Below the pieces are notes generated by a model. It saw only the letters and a program-made list of their open reading frames with translations, made no database searches and was not told the origin of the DNA. Of a DNA stretch of 45,564 bases, positions 45,087 to 45,564 are shown piece by piece (position 1 is the first letter of the stretch; each line of letters opens with the position of its first letter). Both the position numbers and the translations under genes were made by a program. The stretch is from Steroidobacteraceae bacterium (GTDB taxonomy: Bacteria > Pseudomonadota > Gammaproteobacteria > Steroidobacterales > Steroidobacteraceae): assembly GCA_036554765.1 (NCBI GenBank), contig DATBMQ010000126.1, forward strand, positions 1 through 45,564, given 5' to 3'.

Positions 45087-45564
45087 TCAGCGGCGCAGCC
45101 GGCGGGCGAAACCCAGCCCGATCAGGCCCAGGCCGACGAGGGCCAGCGTGCCCGGCTCGGAAACCGACCGCGGCCGGAAGATGGCGTGTACGATCATGTC
45201 GTCGTGGTTGTCGTCCGGACCCGCGCCGGAGTCGTCCCACAGGATCCAGGTGCTCCAGTCGCTGATCGCGAGCGCGATCGACTGGAAGGAATACAGCCCG
45301 CGCGCGTCATTCTGGGAGTTTCTGAGGCATCCGACCTGCGTGCTGCCGTTGAATGCGCAGAAGCCGAAATCGAGCACCGAGCCCCCGAAAACCTCCATCG
45401 AACCGATCGAGACGGGCGAGCCGAAATGATTCTGGAAGGTCGGATTGACGCCCGTGTTGTAGGACAGGTCGCCACCGTCAGCCACGAACACGTTGCGGTA
45501 GCCGGCTTCCTTCCCGTAGTAGTAGAAGTCCACCCAGCCGTCGGCGCTCACGCCGAGTGAGGAC
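45087..45564 (-). CDS. PEP-CTERM sorting-domain protein (exosortase substrate); 3' part only, gene runs off the right edge
   Basis: The frame is open to the window end; the track start at 45551 is only an internal GTG. The C-terminus VSEPGTLALVGLGLIGLGFARRLRR-stop has the PEP motif, a TM helix and an Arg cluster. The upstream WILWDDSGAGPDDNHDDMIVHAIF resembles the acidic motif of DUF4114-like domains. Confidence 0.8.
   Translation of the reverse strand, partial: SSLGVSADGWVDFYYYGKEAGYRNVFVADGGDLSYNTGVNPTFQNHFGSPVSIGSMEVFGGSVLDFGFCAFNGSTQVGCLRNSQNDARGLYSFQSIALAISDWSTWILWDDSGAGPDDNHDDMIVHAIFRPRSVSEPGTLALVGLGLIGLGFARRLRR

Overview
Very GC-rich, proteobacterial-type DNA with strong GC3 bias (judged by eye, not computed). 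Almost the whole 45.6 kb is one accessory cell-surface locus: an exosortase A (XrtA)/PEP-CTERM protein-sorting and exopolysaccharide (EPS) biosynthesis and export cluster. I call 37 CDS (2 partial), 2 tRNAs and a few candidate regulatory structures. Layout: (i) 1-8451 holds a partial GT-C membrane transferase, AsnB paralogue 1 and a Wzx-like flippase. It then holds a plus-strand pair, an acyl-CoA-ligase-like adenylating enzyme and a PLP decarboxylase, convergent with an O-antigen-ligase-like membrane protein. (ii) The minus-strand run 16250->8613 encodes GT2, a free-standing ACP, alpha/beta 'hydrolase 2', 'hydrolase 1', a secreted TPR protein, a FemAB/CelD-like GNAT, GT4 and a secreted Kelch-like propeller. 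(iii) 16352-19331 holds a Cys-less AsnB-like protein convergent with a Tat-signal orphan protein. (iv) The minus-strand run 27711->19434 encodes AsnB-GT-AsnB-GT-GT-NodB deacetylase, joined mostly by 4-nt start/stop overlaps. (v) A lone plus-strand SAM methyltransferase follows. (vi) The minus-strand core 43025->28572 encodes an EpsB-like priming sugar transferase, PrsK, PrsR (sigma-54 activator), an XrtA-EpsI fusion, PrsT, EpsE/EpsF/EpsG, an outer-membrane barrel and the XrtA-type deacetylase. (vii) The right flank carries an acyl-CoA-binding protein, tRNA-Glu(UUC), tRNA-Ala(GGC), a Gfo/Idh/MocA oxidoreductase, a small 2-TM protein and a partial PEP-CTERM substrate gene. I saw no transposase, integrase, CRISPR array or rRNA. 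Most other long ORFs in the six-frame track are GC-driven shadow frames, or out-of-frame 5' extensions of real genes. Several real starts had to be re-placed at internal ATG/GTG codons that overlap the upstream stop. Most worth a second look: the functionally unassigned ACP-centred module (ligase, decarboxylase, ACP, two alpha/beta-fold proteins with non-serine nucleophile elbows, GNAT); four AsnB-family paralogues including one without the catalytic Cys; two orphan secreted proteins; and the adjacent ACBP. All family assignments rest on motif recognition by eye and need HMM or BLAST confirmation.
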